Shown one piece after another: positions 1 to 8,898 of a DNA stretch of 64,000 nucleotides. Below the pieces are notes generated by a model. That model did not search any database. It saw nothing but the letters and a program-made list of their open reading frames with translations, and was not told where the DNA came from. Within the stretch, counting starts at the first letter, position 1; the number at the start of each line of letters is the position of its first letter. The stretch lies in the IMG/VR virus record IMGVR_UViG_3300029787_000018, positions 1 through 64,000 of that record. One strand, given 5' to 3'. Both the position numbers and the translations under genes were made by a program. The DNA comes from a virus.

Positions 1-9
1 TTTTTTTTT

Positions 10-477
10 TTACTTAACCCCAAACCTTTTTTTCAAGGCTGCTAATTCTTTTCTAAGCTTTCTGTTTTCAAGCATAGCATTTCTTGCGGCATCTTGTGAA
101 ATAACTCCCTGTGTAGGTTTTTCACTTTGGGTTACCTCTGGTTCTGTTTCTGCAGGATAATCGCTAGCAGTTGTAATACCATCAGCTGCATTTATATTTT
201 TGTCTATGATTTCCTGTTCGGTCTGACCGTCTATGATATCTTCTTTTTTAGTGTCTATCTCCGGTGAACCTAAATCTGGAACATTTGGAGTATCGGTAGA
301 TTTTAAATCACCGCTTTTAATATCTTCCAAAAGTTGGTCATTAGCTTTTTCCGTTGGATCATTTTCTTGAATCGACTGTGACGGATTCGGGTTCTGATTG
401 GCTAAGCTGTTTGAGCTCTTCTGTTCTTCGCTCTCGTTCAGCTTGTTCTCGTTCTCGTTGAAGTTTTTTTCTGACAT
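10..477 (-). CDS. Acidic low-complexity hypothetical protein with short C-terminal coiled coil
   Basis: 155-aa ORF in the minus-strand operon; E/N/Q-rich; ends LENRKLRKELAALKK. Confidence 0.6.
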   Translation of the reverse strand: MSEKNFNENENKLNESEEQKSSNSLANQNPNPSQSIQENDPTEKANDQLLEDIKSGDLKSTDTPNVPDLGSPEIDTKKEDIIDGQTEQEIIDKNINAADGITTASDYPAETEPEVTQSEKPTQGVISQDAARNAMLENRKLRKELAALKKRFGVK

Positions 478-1015
478 GATAAAAAGTGTTTTTGTTTTTT
501 AATTTATTCTCTAATCTACTTAAATTATAATTATTCTTCTTTGATTCTGATTCATCAAGGAACCTGGACTGGTCTGCATCGCTGTATCGCTGTTGCATTT
601 TTTTAATCTTTTCTATATCGATTAAAATTTGAGCCCTTTTCATTACATCGGTAGTATCTTTTAGTTCCGCCAACTTTTCAAGTCGCATAGAACGTATAAT
701 ACTTATTTCTTCCAGATCTTCATTAAACTGCAATTGCTCGTAAACATCGCAAGCTTCCATTATCAGGTCGTTGTTCCAATTGAACTTCTTAACCGTACCA
801 GATACAAGTCGCATAGCAGCTTGTGGTCTTTCCAGCTTTGGATATTTACGCATAGGAGAACCATAGTCCACAGAAAGAGCTATACACGTAAAAGCTTCAA
901 TCCCAAACTTCTCGTTATTGATAACATCGGCAAAAGCTTTTATGGCAAGTACACCATCTTTTACGTTGCTGATATCAACAAGATTGGTTTTGGGATTGAT
1001 CTTTGTTAAATACAT
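359..1015 (-). CDS. Hypothetical phage protein
   Basis: 218-aa ORF abutting the 1016..1378 ORF. Confidence 0.7.
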   Translation of the reverse strand: MYLTKINPKTNLVDISNVKDGVLAIKAFADVINNEKFGIEAFTCIALSVDYGSPMRKYPKLERPQAAMRLVSGTVKKFNWNNDLIMEACDVYEQLQFNEDLEEISIIRSMRLEKLAELKDTTDVMKRAQILIDIEKIKKMQQRYSDADQSRFLDESESKKNNYNLSRLENKLKNKNTFYHVRKKLQREREQAERERRTEELKQLSQSEPESVTVDSRK

Positions 1016-1378
1016 TTAGGAAAGTTTTAGTTCCGGTTTTTTATCGGCTTCTTTTTGAGCTTTCTTTTGACGCTCGGCAATTAGACTATCTAATTCTTTA
1101 GTGATTCTTACACAACTACCCGATAAATGTCTGATTCCTGTTCTATCACGAATCTTTTTGTCCATTGCTTTTTCAATCTCAATGGTAGCTTCGTCAATAT
1201 CCGCAAATGCTTTCGTGCTTTTTTCTACAAGAGGTGCAACTTCTGAATCGGTTAATATATTCTGCTGAACATGGTAAGCGATTTTTTCTTGCGTTCTACT
1301 TAGAACAGCTAATGTCTGCTCTAAAAATGACAGTGTTATCCATAACTCCGTCATTGTCATATTTTCGTATTTTTTCAT
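1016..1378 (-). CDS. Hypothetical helical protein
   Basis: 120-aa ORF, start overlaps the stop of the upstream KTSC gene. Confidence 0.65.
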   Translation of the reverse strand: MKKYENMTMTELWITLSFLEQTLAVLSRTQEKIAYHVQQNILTDSEVAPLVEKSTKAFADIDEATIEIEKAMDKKIRDRTGIRHLSGSCVRITKELDSLIAERQKKAQKEADKKPELKLS

Positions 1379-1587
1379 ACTTTGGTATAGTTATAATTTT
1401 TCTGAATGTTCTGTGCAAAGTACTTCCCTTGAGATGGAGCATTCATTAAATTTTCTTTGATAATTTCAGGAACTTTTGTGTAGCAATAGGTATCACCGCT
1501 CCTAACAAATGTAATATAAAGTTTTTTATTCTTTTTATCGTATTGTCCTGAGTCTAGGTTAGATGAATTAAAAAATAGTTCTTCCAT
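1375..1587 (-). CDS. KTSC domain protein
   Basis: SSNL..GQYD..K.LYITF.RSG.TYCY..VP....NLMNAPSQGKYFAQNI matches the KTSC consensus. Confidence 0.85.
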   Translation of the reverse strand: MEELFFNSSNLDSGQYDKKNKKLYITFVRSGDTYCYTKVPEIIKENLMNAPSQGKYFAQNIQKNYNYTKV

Positions 1588-1593
1588 GATATA

Positions 1594-3276
1594 TTATTCT
1601 TCTGATTTTCCTACGAATCCTGTTATAGATGTTCTGGTTGACATTAATGTTGAAGCTACCGATATAGCACTCTTTAAAGAGTTTACGGTAATCTTTTTAG
1701 GGTCGAATATTTTAGCATCGAAAATATTTACAACTTCTTCCGTACGAACGTTGTACATTTCTTTGAAATTTGTTGTCAAAAGTTTGTTCCTGTAAGCTTC
1801 TACGCTCTTACCTGAGTTTTCGATAATCTTTTCAAATGGAGCAAAGCATGATGCTAGAATAGTATCATAGCCTTTTATGTAATCCGCATCTTTCTGCAGA
1901 TGGTCAACATCTTTTTGCTTTAATGCATCAAGCTTGTAACAGCTTTCGTATAAAGCTACACCACCACCTTTGACAACACCTTCTGCCAATGCTCCTTTTA
2001 CGGCATTAACGGCATCATCTACACGTGCATGTATTTCCTCTGCTTCCACGGGTGTTTCGGCACCTACGAATATAATGGAAATACTTCCCATTAACTTTGC
2101 TTTACGCTGCATAAGTTTGTCTTGCATGTAACCGCTTTCCTCTTCCTCTATAAGCTCGTCAAGGTAATTGATTCTCTGTTGAAGCTTGTCCTTGTCGTAC
2201 TGACCGTTAATAATGGAATATTGATCACGCTTGATATGCATTTCCGCTCGGCCAAGGATTTCATCTGGATCAAGTGTGTTCGCATCTTGCAATTCTTGGA
2301 ACTCACTTTTTAGGACTGCTCTACCACCTGTGTAGATAGCCATTTCATTGGCTACGTAGCTTGCCTGTACTCCAAATTCCGGTAGCTTCAATGCTATAAT
2401 CTGCATACGCTTGCCGTTTTCGTCCACTAGCTTGGCCATATTCTCGAACATCAAATGCAAAGCTTTTACATTAATGTCCGGAGCAATGATAATAAGCGGG
2501 TATCTCGTTTCTTCGTTTTTGAAACTGTTCCATACATGGGTCATTACGGAACTGATTTCGGATAATGAATTTATCTCGTGATCGGTAATGAACAGCTTTG
2601 AGTTCTTTAATACGATTTCGTTGGTAACGCCTAAAGCTTCTAAGAAAAAATCGTGGTGCACGCTATTATAGTGAATCATACCTTCCATGTTCTCTACATA
2701 GCATTCGCTACCTCTGGCCTGGTTTATCTTGATAGGGTTTTTGCCCTTGGAATGTTTGAGCGCTTCCAGAACCAAAGACGATATCATTTTATCGTTGTTA
2801 GATGATATGAACGCTACATTCTCCATAATATCCAAACCTATTTCAGTTTCTAGGTCTATTTGAATACTATCGGCTTCCAAGAATTTGGTAATATCGTTCA
2901 GTGCATCTGTCATTCCTTGTTTGGCTTTTGCCCAACTGGTATGCTCTTCAAATTCCAATATCGTTTCCAATATTACTTTAGCCAATAAAGTTGCTGTAGT
3001 AGTTCCGTCACCGGATTGGGATTGCGCTCGGTTCGCCACTTGTTTCAATATCTGCGCTCCCTGATTTCTTATAGGGTTTCCAAGCTTTATATGCCTGGCA
3101 ACAGTAACACCGTCTTTCGTAACCAAAGGATCGTCGTTCGGTCTATCGATAATAACGGTATATCCGCTAGGACCCATTGTATCTACTACAGCTTCAGCAA
3201 GCTCTATAGCTCCCTGAATCATTTGTTTTTGGATATCCCATCCACGTTTTATTTTAGTGTAAGAAACGTTTTCCAT
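1594..3276 (-). CDS. groEL: Phage-encoded group I chaperonin (GroEL-like)
   Basis: TMGPSG, VTKDGVTVA, GDGTTTAT, RVDDAVNA, EGVVKGGG and IFDP motifs; 560 aa. Confidence 0.95.
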   Translation of the reverse strand: MENVSYTKIKRGWDIQKQMIQGAIELAEAVVDTMGPSGYTVIIDRPNDDPLVTKDGVTVARHIKLGNPIRNQGAQILKQVANRAQSQSGDGTTTATLLAKVILETILEFEEHTSWAKAKQGMTDALNDITKFLEADSIQIDLETEIGLDIMENVAFISSNNDKMISSLVLEALKHSKGKNPIKINQARGSECYVENMEGMIHYNSVHHDFFLEALGVTNEIVLKNSKLFITDHEINSLSEISSVMTHVWNSFKNEETRYPLIIIAPDINVKALHLMFENMAKLVDENGKRMQIIALKLPEFGVQASYVANEMAIYTGGRAVLKSEFQELQDANTLDPDEILGRAEMHIKRDQYSIINGQYDKDKLQQRINYLDELIEEEESGYMQDKLMQRKAKLMGSISIIFVGAETPVEAEEIHARVDDAVNAVKGALAEGVVKGGGVALYESCYKLDALKQKDVDHLQKDADYIKGYDTILASCFAPFEKIIENSGKSVEAYRNKLLTTNFKEMYNVRTEEVVNIFDAKIFDPKKITVNSLKSAISVASTLMSTRTSITGFVGKSEE

Positions 3277-3638
3277 TAAAATATTTGTTTGTCTGTTATT
3301 ATTACTATGTCGCTAGGTACCACCAAAACAGCAGCTTTGGCTTCTACCGTTTTTTCCTTTCCATTTTCAAATCTAGGTCTGAAAGGATGAAAAATATGTG
3401 GTCCGTGTTGCTTATAGTGGCACCATTTGCCAACAGCACCCGCATATCCGGCACTAGCTTTTACTATAACTCCCGTACAAAAATCGGCTTCGTGACCTTC
3501 TTCTTCAAATTTCATTTGTTGTATAGGATTGTCATAGGACACATCCGGAATAACAATAAAACCTTCTTTGGTCATTTGTTGGTTCTCCCACCATACAGGG
3601 GTAAGCTCCACAGGAACTTTATTATAATCTTTTTCCAT
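3276..3638 (-). CDS. Divergent GroES/gp31-like co-chaperonin
   Basis: Immediately upstream of groEL with 1-nt overlap; FIVIPD...TGVIVKAS...VGKWCHY...VLVVPSDIV follows the cpn10 strand pattern. Confidence 0.55.
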   Translation of the reverse strand: MEKDYNKVPVELTPVWWENQQMTKEGFIVIPDVSYDNPIQQMKFEEEGHEADFCTGVIVKASAGYAGAVGKWCHYKQHGPHIFHPFRPRFENGKEKTVEAKAAVLVVPSDIVIITDKQIF

Positions 3639-3861
3639 TTCTTAAATTATTTACTTCATCAAAACAATCTCTACCGTTTTCGTCTAAACCCGATTCATCT
3701 ATAACACCGCTCCACATATGCCTAAAATATTCGACACCGTTCATTTCTCTTGGGTCTTTGGATTCTACCCAAATACCGTTATGGTACTCCATAGGTACGG
3801 ATATCTTATCCCATTTGGCAGAAAAAAACATACCTGTATGCTTTTTGAATATTACGCTCAA
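3622..3861 (-). CDS. Hypothetical protein
   Basis: 79-aa ORF overlapping its neighbours in the operon. Confidence 0.55.
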   Translation of the reverse strand: MSVIFKKHTGMFFSAKWDKISVPMEYHNGIWVESKDPREMNGVEYFRHMWSGVIDESGLDENGRDCFDEVNNLRNGKRL

Positions 3862-4328
3862 AGCATATTTTTTAAACGACTTAACACATCTTGCGGAGTA
3901 TGTCCGTCAAATTCGTATTTGGCTTTTATTACTGCAGGAACTTTAAATTTTTTCCAATCCTTTGCCTTGTAATGATTCGTTACCTGGCCATCAGGTGTTA
4001 TAGCAACTACAATAAACCACGTGTGCTTGCTTTCTGAAAAACATTTTTCTCCGTCATGATGCCGCCACGATTTATGTACATCGTATACACCTTGCTTTGC
4101 CCATTCATTAAACAACAACGCCTGTAGAACCAATCGGAACTCATAAAGCTCTTCAAAGGTATGGTACCCATCACTGATTTTGTTCTCTTCAAAATCATCA
4201 TGGTTTTTCTTGCCATGGTCAATGATGCTTTGAACCCACTCTAAATGCTCTTTTCCATTATACCCCATATCGGTTCTTCTTTCAAAAACAGTTTCTACGG
4301 TTTTTTTTAATTTACTTAGACTTAACAT
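3858..4328 (-). CDS. Conserved phage protein, WDGH-type domain
   Basis: DGYHTFEELY..R, KSWRHHDGEKCF, WFIV, GQVTNHY and FDGHT motifs. Confidence 0.75.
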   Translation of the reverse strand: MLSLSKLKKTVETVFERRTDMGYNGKEHLEWVQSIIDHGKKNHDDFEENKISDGYHTFEELYEFRLVLQALLFNEWAKQGVYDVHKSWRHHDGEKCFSESKHTWFIVVAITPDGQVTNHYKAKDWKKFKVPAVIKAKYEFDGHTPQDVLSRLKNML

Positions 4329-4509
4329 TTTTTATAACAAATTTAATTCTGTGACCTATATCCGAATAAGAATAGTATGTTGTTTTATGGGTTTTTCTCA
4401 ATTGCCTAAAAACCAAATAAGGTTTCGCTATCTCAACAACTCTTCTCCACTTTGTACCAAGTAAAACAAAATCTCCTTTTTCTATTTTATTAAAATGAGC
4501 TTTTAACAT
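4312..4509 (-). CDS. Small basic hypothetical protein
   Basis: 65-aa ORF preceded by a TAATTTTG box at 4514-4521 on the minus strand. Confidence 0.5.
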   Translation of the reverse strand: MLKAHFNKIEKGDFVLLGTKWRRVVEIAKPYLVFRQLRKTHKTTYYSYSDIGHRIKFVIKNVKSK

Positions 4510-4554
4510 TTCACAAAATTAAAAAAGCCTCGGGGGAAACGGCTTTTGTTAATA

Positions 4555-5190
4555 CTACATTTTCAATCCGTCAGCAGTCGGAGCTATTTTATTGTTCTCA
4601 GGCTTATAGCTATCTGGATAAGGATTAGGCTCATTCAATCTTTTTAAATCCATACCTAACCACATGATACTTTCTTGAAGCTTAGTAGTTGCTAATGAAC
4701 GCTCTCTTGAACGACCTAGCTTTTTAAGATTCTGCAATTCTTTATCCAATGACACACGAAGCAATTTGTCACATCTTACATCGTGGTTTACCAAGGAATT
4801 ATCATCCTCCATAGAGATTTTGAACTCGAACGGGTCTACTTTTGGCAACATTGCCGTACAAATAGCAACGAACAGTTCGTCCTTTACCTTCTGGAACTCC
4901 GGAAGTTCATCGAAAGAAACGATACAAGGATGCGTTTTAGCCTCGGCATCCTTTACCTCTCCATAAATCCAACCGTCATTAACTTTGTCTTCCATCCAGG
5001 CATTGTGCTGTGCATCTTTTCCAGCATAAGGATTGGCAAATCTGAACTTAACACCATTGATAGCACTTTCCCTTTGCCATGACTCGGCTTCGTCCCAAGG
5101 CTTTTGTGAATCGTCTCCGTTAATAATGCACCATTGTCTGTTGGCTTCATGACAAGCCATTGCAATAAAAATGAAATTTTCATTTTCCAT
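4555..5190 (-). CDS. RyR-domain protein fused to an Acb2/Tad1-like hairpin domain (candidate nucleotide-signal sponge)
   Basis: N-half: IA.ACHEANR, QHNAWM.DK..DGW.YG.VKD...KTHPCIV.FDELP..QK.KD (RyR). C-half: SRERSLATTKLQESIMWL (Acb2/Tad1-type helix). Confidence 0.7.
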   Translation of the reverse strand: MENENFIFIAMACHEANRQWCIINGDDSQKPWDEAESWQRESAINGVKFRFANPYAGKDAQHNAWMEDKVNDGWIYGEVKDAEAKTHPCIVSFDELPEFQKVKDELFVAICTAMLPKVDPFEFKISMEDDNSLVNHDVRCDKLLRVSLDKELQNLKKLGRSRERSLATTKLQESIMWLGMDLKRLNEPNPYPDSYKPENNKIAPTADGLKM

Positions 5191-5260
5191 AATCTAATCT
5201 GTTTTGCGGTTATAATAATAATCTGCAGTAAATATACATATACTTTTAAACTATCCAAAT

Positions 5261-5294
5261 AAAAAAAGCTACAGGAACTCCCCGTAGCTTTTTT
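5261..5294. terminator. Bidirectional intrinsic terminator-like hairpin
   Basis: AAAAAAAGCTAC-AGGAACTCCCC-GTAGCTTTTTT. Confidence 0.6.
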
Positions 5295-5328
5295 CCAAAA
5301 ATAAAATCGTTCCTGCAAAACGTCGTCT

Positions 5329-5336
5329 CAAATATA
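5329..5336 (-). promoter_or_regulatory. Bacteroidota housekeeping-sigma -7 box (TATATTTG)
   Basis: Matches TAnnTTTG in an intergenic position; similar boxes at 4514-4521, 7978-7985 and 59130-59137. Confidence 0.4.
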
Positions 5337-5373
5337 ATCAGTTTTTTTTAATTGCTGGTTTTGTCGCATCTTT

Positions 5374-5637
5374 TCAGCAAGTGCTTCCTCTTCCGAATGG
5401 GCCCCCCCATAAATCACTAAAACTCTTTCCAATACTAACCTCGCCACCGGTACCAAAAATTAGCGTAAGGTTTCTTAATGGCTCTGAAACAGTTATTGCA
5501 TTCATAGCCTTTTTTAATTCAAGAAACTGCAAAGCCTCGTTCTCAAACTCAACCCGACTACAAGGATATCCCCGTAAATCAAAATACTTTTTTGCCATCC
5601 GGATTCTCTTTATTACAAAATACACACCTATTACCAT
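5374..5637 (-). CDS. Hypothetical protein
   Basis: 87-aa ORF co-oriented with the operon; start uncertain. Confidence 0.4.
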   Translation of the reverse strand: MVIGVYFVIKRIRMAKKYFDLRGYPCSRVEFENEALQFLELKKAMNAITVSEPLRNLTLIFGTGGEVSIGKSFSDLWGGPFGRGSTC

Positions 5638-6018
5638 TCAACAACCTATCGTAATCATCGTAAACATGACCAAACATAAAACATAATGCCCTAACCAAAA
5701 AAGGTGCTTTCTTATACCCACTCTTGTTATCCATACCTCTCTATATATTTAATTCTCCATCCCATTTTCCTAACGAAATTAAAACAAGATTGGACGTTCA
5801 TAAACCATTACGAGAATAAAGATATGCAATCCAAAAACATATGCAAACAAAAAAGTCCTTGCCAACTACAACAAGGACTCACATACAACTTAAATCAAAC
5901 TATTTCGTACAACACCATAAATGTAATAAAAAAAGCTATTCAGTACAACCGTGACTTTAATTGTACCAAATAGCCATAATTAACCAACTAATAGCAACAA
6001 CGAAGATAATCATTTTTC

Positions 6019-6222
6019 TTAAACAACATTAAACTCCTTTAACACCAAAAACAACTCTTCCTCACTATAAATATTATTCATAAATCGAGTTAACATATTA
6101 CTAGGATTCAAATTATCATAATCCACAAACTCAAACATATTAGACAAATTATCTCGAACCAAAACATGAACGTAGTCAGAACTATACAAATAATCATCAC
6201 TTATAACTACCTCTTTATCCAA
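6019..6222 (-). CDS. Hypothetical protein
   Basis: 67-aa ORF overlapping the upstream ORF. Confidence 0.5.
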   Translation of the reverse strand: MDKEVVISDDYLYSSDYVHVLVRDNLSNMFEFVDYDNLNPSNMLTRFMNNIYSEEELFLVLKEFNVV

Positions 6223-6413
6223 ACCTTAAATTCCTTAGATTCAGACATATTGCCAACAACATTCTCATAAATGAATAACGTTGAATTCATCTCTATCAAA
6301 AGACGTATCTCATCACCAATACCATTAGTAACAATATCACCAACCACAAACCAATTCTCACTAAAACCTATCTCACCATTACCAATATACAATATACTAA
6401 CACGCTTCTCCAT
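6207..6413 (-). CDS. Hypothetical protein (first gene of leftward operon)
   Basis: 68-aa ORF next to the strand-divergence point. Confidence 0.5.
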   Translation of the reverse strand: MEKRVSILYIGNGEIGFSENWFVVGDIVTNGIGDEIRLLIEMNSTLFIYENVVGNMSESKEFKVWIKR

Positions 6414-6591
6414 GCTAACGAAACTAGCACAATCAACCTTTATTCCCTAACCATACCAAAAAAAATTTTCAAAAATTTTTAGAAACAGTGCTGTGAAACG
6501 GCTATACGCTAAAACTCCCCCGTGCCTCCTCCGTTTTCGGAACCCCCGGGGGGCCTTTTACAAATAAAGAAAAGAGAGTCCTTTAGGGCTA

Positions 6592-6996
6592 TTGTCTAAT
6601 CCATTAAAACATATACACATGGAAAGTTTACACATTACCGAGAGTAAAAGAGAATTATCAACTACTCAAACTAGAGTTAGTAAGCTCATTGGAGCCATTG
6701 GCTTTGGATCGTTGACTATTGGCGCTGCTTCGCACGCCATGACCCTTACTACAGTAATAGCAGGTAAGACTGCTGCTGTTGGAGCTATCAAGACTGCAAC
6801 TGTTATGACCAGTGCTGGACCTGTTGTTTTATCTGTTGTCAAGGCAGGTATATTCTCAAAGATAGTATCGTTCACCTTTGGTGTAGTCTTGGCAGGTTTG
6901 GCAGGCTATTCGTTGTACTGTTTGGCTGAGGCTTGCTTCGACAAGTGGAATCACCGTGACAAAAAAGTAATCTCTAACGCTATTAAATCTCTATAA
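6592..6996 (+). CDS. Early membrane protein (probable start at ATG 6619)
   Basis: Several hydrophobic G/A/V-rich segments; first rightward gene. Confidence 0.6.
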   Translation: MSNPLKHIHMESLHITESKRELSTTQTRVSKLIGAIGFGSLTIGAASHAMTLTTVIAGKTAAVGAIKTATVMTSAGPVVLSVVKAGIFSKIVSFTFGVVLAGLAGYSLYCLAEACFDKWNHRDKKVISNAIKSL

Positions 6997-6998
6997 TT

Positions 6999-7253
6999 AT
7001 GAACAACGCACCAGATTACGATTACGACGGCATCATAGAGGATGCGCAAGCACAAATGCGTAGGGATGCTTTAGCATACCATCAGGAAATGCAGGCTCAA
7101 TACGAGCGTGAAATGCTTCTTAACGAAATTTCAGAGGACATCGTTGGATGTCCTTTTCATATCATAGATGACATTCTTGATGATGAGGTTGCAGCTCATT
7201 ACATCAAGCTTGTCAATAACACTTACGAACAGTTACTAACTTTTAAATCATAA
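6999..7253 (+). CDS. Early hypothetical protein
   Basis: 84-aa ORF tightly spaced with its neighbours. Confidence 0.6.
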   Translation: MNNAPDYDYDGIIEDAQAQMRRDALAYHQEMQAQYEREMLLNEISEDIVGCPFHIIDDILDDEVAAHYIKLVNNTYEQLLTFKS

Positions 7254-7257
7254 CATC

Positions 7258-7473
7258 ATGTCTACAAGAAAACGTATTCCCGTATCTATCAACATCAAGT
7301 CCGCTGAAGCTATTCACGACTACGAACTCGAACGTCGCATAGAACGCCACCGCAAGGCTCTTGGTCTTGTGGCGGCATCGAAGTCCGAACGTTCCAAGCA
7401 ACGTAAGCACGACGCTAAGTGGCTACAGATCAAGAACGCTGTCAAGAGAGCTGGTCTAAATACTTCTGATTAG
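7258..7473 (+). CDS. Early basic hypothetical protein
   Basis: 71-aa K/R-rich ORF. Confidence 0.55.
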   Translation: MSTRKRIPVSINIKSAEAIHDYELERRIERHRKALGLVAASKSERSKQRKHDAKWLQIKNAVKRAGLNTSD

Positions 7474-7879
7474 AGTCCTCTAAACTGTCGCCGTACATCT
7501 TTGAACGTAGCTTGCTAAGTTCTCTGGAATACTCTTCCAGACCACTATCAGAAACAGTTGGATTGAACTCTGGATTCAATACACACTTGTGGGTCTTCCC
7601 GATACGTTTCAACACACCTAGTTCAACTAGCTTGTTGTAATGCTTCGGGAAAGTCCTACTGTACCAACTGCCTTTTATGATGTAAACCAAGCCAGGATGC
7701 TTGCGACGCTGAACAGGATACTTTATCATGTTCTGTAGTATCATGGTTGATACAAAGCCATTCTGCAATGTATTCAACCTATCTTGCTTGTTCTCAAGCG
7801 CTATCCAAGTTTCCTTGGTAGTATATTTATTAGATACTTCTGTTAATTCTAACAGTATTTCATATATTTGCTCTGTCAT
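7442..7879 (-). CDS. RepL-like winged-helix replication/regulatory protein
   Basis: C-terminal YNKLVELGVLKRIG...CVLNPEF resembles the RepL wHTH wing; lone counter-oriented gene with TATATTTG upstream. Confidence 0.5.
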   Translation of the reverse strand: MTEQIYEILLELTEVSNKYTTKETWIALENKQDRLNTLQNGFVSTMILQNMIKYPVQRRKHPGLVYIIKGSWYSRTFPKHYNKLVELGVLKRIGKTHKCVLNPEFNPTVSDSGLEEYSRELSKLRSKMYGDSLEDSNQKYLDQLS

Positions 7880-7911
7880 AACTTTGGTGGTTATACAATT
7901 AATTATTCTTC

Positions 7912-7938
7912 AAGCCTTGTTCACGCAAGGCTTTTTTT
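7912..7938 (+). terminator. Intrinsic terminator
   Basis: AAGCCTTG-TTCACG-CAAGGCTT followed by a T tract. Confidence 0.65.
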
Positions 7939-8031
7939 GTGCCGTTATATATCGACCAAGGTATTTAATCGATAGCACAAATATAGAAACTTATCCGATA
8001 AATTGACTAATGCAAGAAAATAAATCTTTCA

Positions 8032-8207
8032 AAAGTATACACCCCGTAGTAGTATACTCGTACTTTTTTAATGAAAAAACACCAAAAACTTATGTGACTG
8101 ATAATCAGATACATATCCGTTTGTAAACGTTTTTTTATTTTAAAAAGTATACACCCCGTGGTAGTAAACTCTGAAAATCAAAGTATACACCCCGGGGTAG
8201 CATACTC
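8032..8207. repeat. Three 28-bp imperfect direct repeats (iteron/operator-like)
   Basis: AAAGTATACACCCCGTAGTAGTATACTC (8032-8059), AAAGTATACACCCCGTGGTAGTAAACTC (8144-8171), AAAGTATACACCCCGGGGTAGCATACTC (8180-8207). Confidence 0.9.
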
Positions 8208-8532
8208 TCGTGCGCGAAAAGAAGCCTTTCCAGAAAACTTCGTGCCTCAGCTTTCTTCCAAGTCTCCCTCCGGGTGCTCCGCATCTTTTGAAAAGAGAGC
8301 GTGGCTCCCTCGGTCCTCGTCACCTCGCTCTAAAACGGCACACCTCTCGGGCGCCGTTTGTCGAGCTCGTTGTCTTCGGACCTATGGGATTAAGGTTGAT
8401 TACTTCGTAATTAGTTGCTGGGCGGTCTTAAGGTTATAGTAGTTACATAGTAACGTATTAATTAAACGTTGAGTGTCTCGCGTACGCGTGCGAGGCAAAT
8501 AAAAAAAATAGAAACTTTTAAATTATATAATT

Positions 8533-8898
8533 ATGAAACATTCTAAGTATTATTTGGGTGCGGCTGTGATGCTGTTCTTAATTTTTTTCAGTGGAGTAAT
8601 AGCCACTTATGTGATTAGTGGCTTGTTGTTGTTTGCAGGTCTTGTGGCTTTATGTGAGAGTGTAAAGCCGATCAAGTGGTTGTTGAGTAAGACTGGCAAT
8701 ATTCTTGACATTCTGATATTTGGTTTTAGCATTTATGCTATGAGCAGTATGGGCGTTACTGTTGCGATTGGTCTTGGAGTAGCTGGGTTGTTGTTCAGTG
8801 TGTACTACAAGCCTATTTTGTTGCGTAAGAATAAGCCTAGTAAATCTAGTGCTGATAAATCGTCGATGGAAAGTAGAAAGCAGTTATGGGAGCAGTAG
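8533..8898 (+). CDS. Early multi-pass membrane protein
   Basis: 3-4 hydrophobic helices and a basic tail. Confidence 0.7.
   Translation: MKHSKYYLGAAVMLFLIFFSGVIATYVISGLLLFAGLVALCESVKPIKWLLSKTGNILDILIFGFSIYAMSSMGVTVAIGLGVAGLLFSVYYKPILLRKNKPSKSSADKSSMESRKQLWEQ

Noticed and set aside
8032-8207. Mini-CRISPR array
   Set aside because: The gaps between the three repeats are 84 and 8 bp, incompatible with spacers, and there are no cas genes.
8135-8439. ORFs 8135..8323, 8158..8439 and 8210..8410
   Set aside because: These are overlapping frames across repeats and GC-rich hairpins with atypical composition; most likely non-coding.
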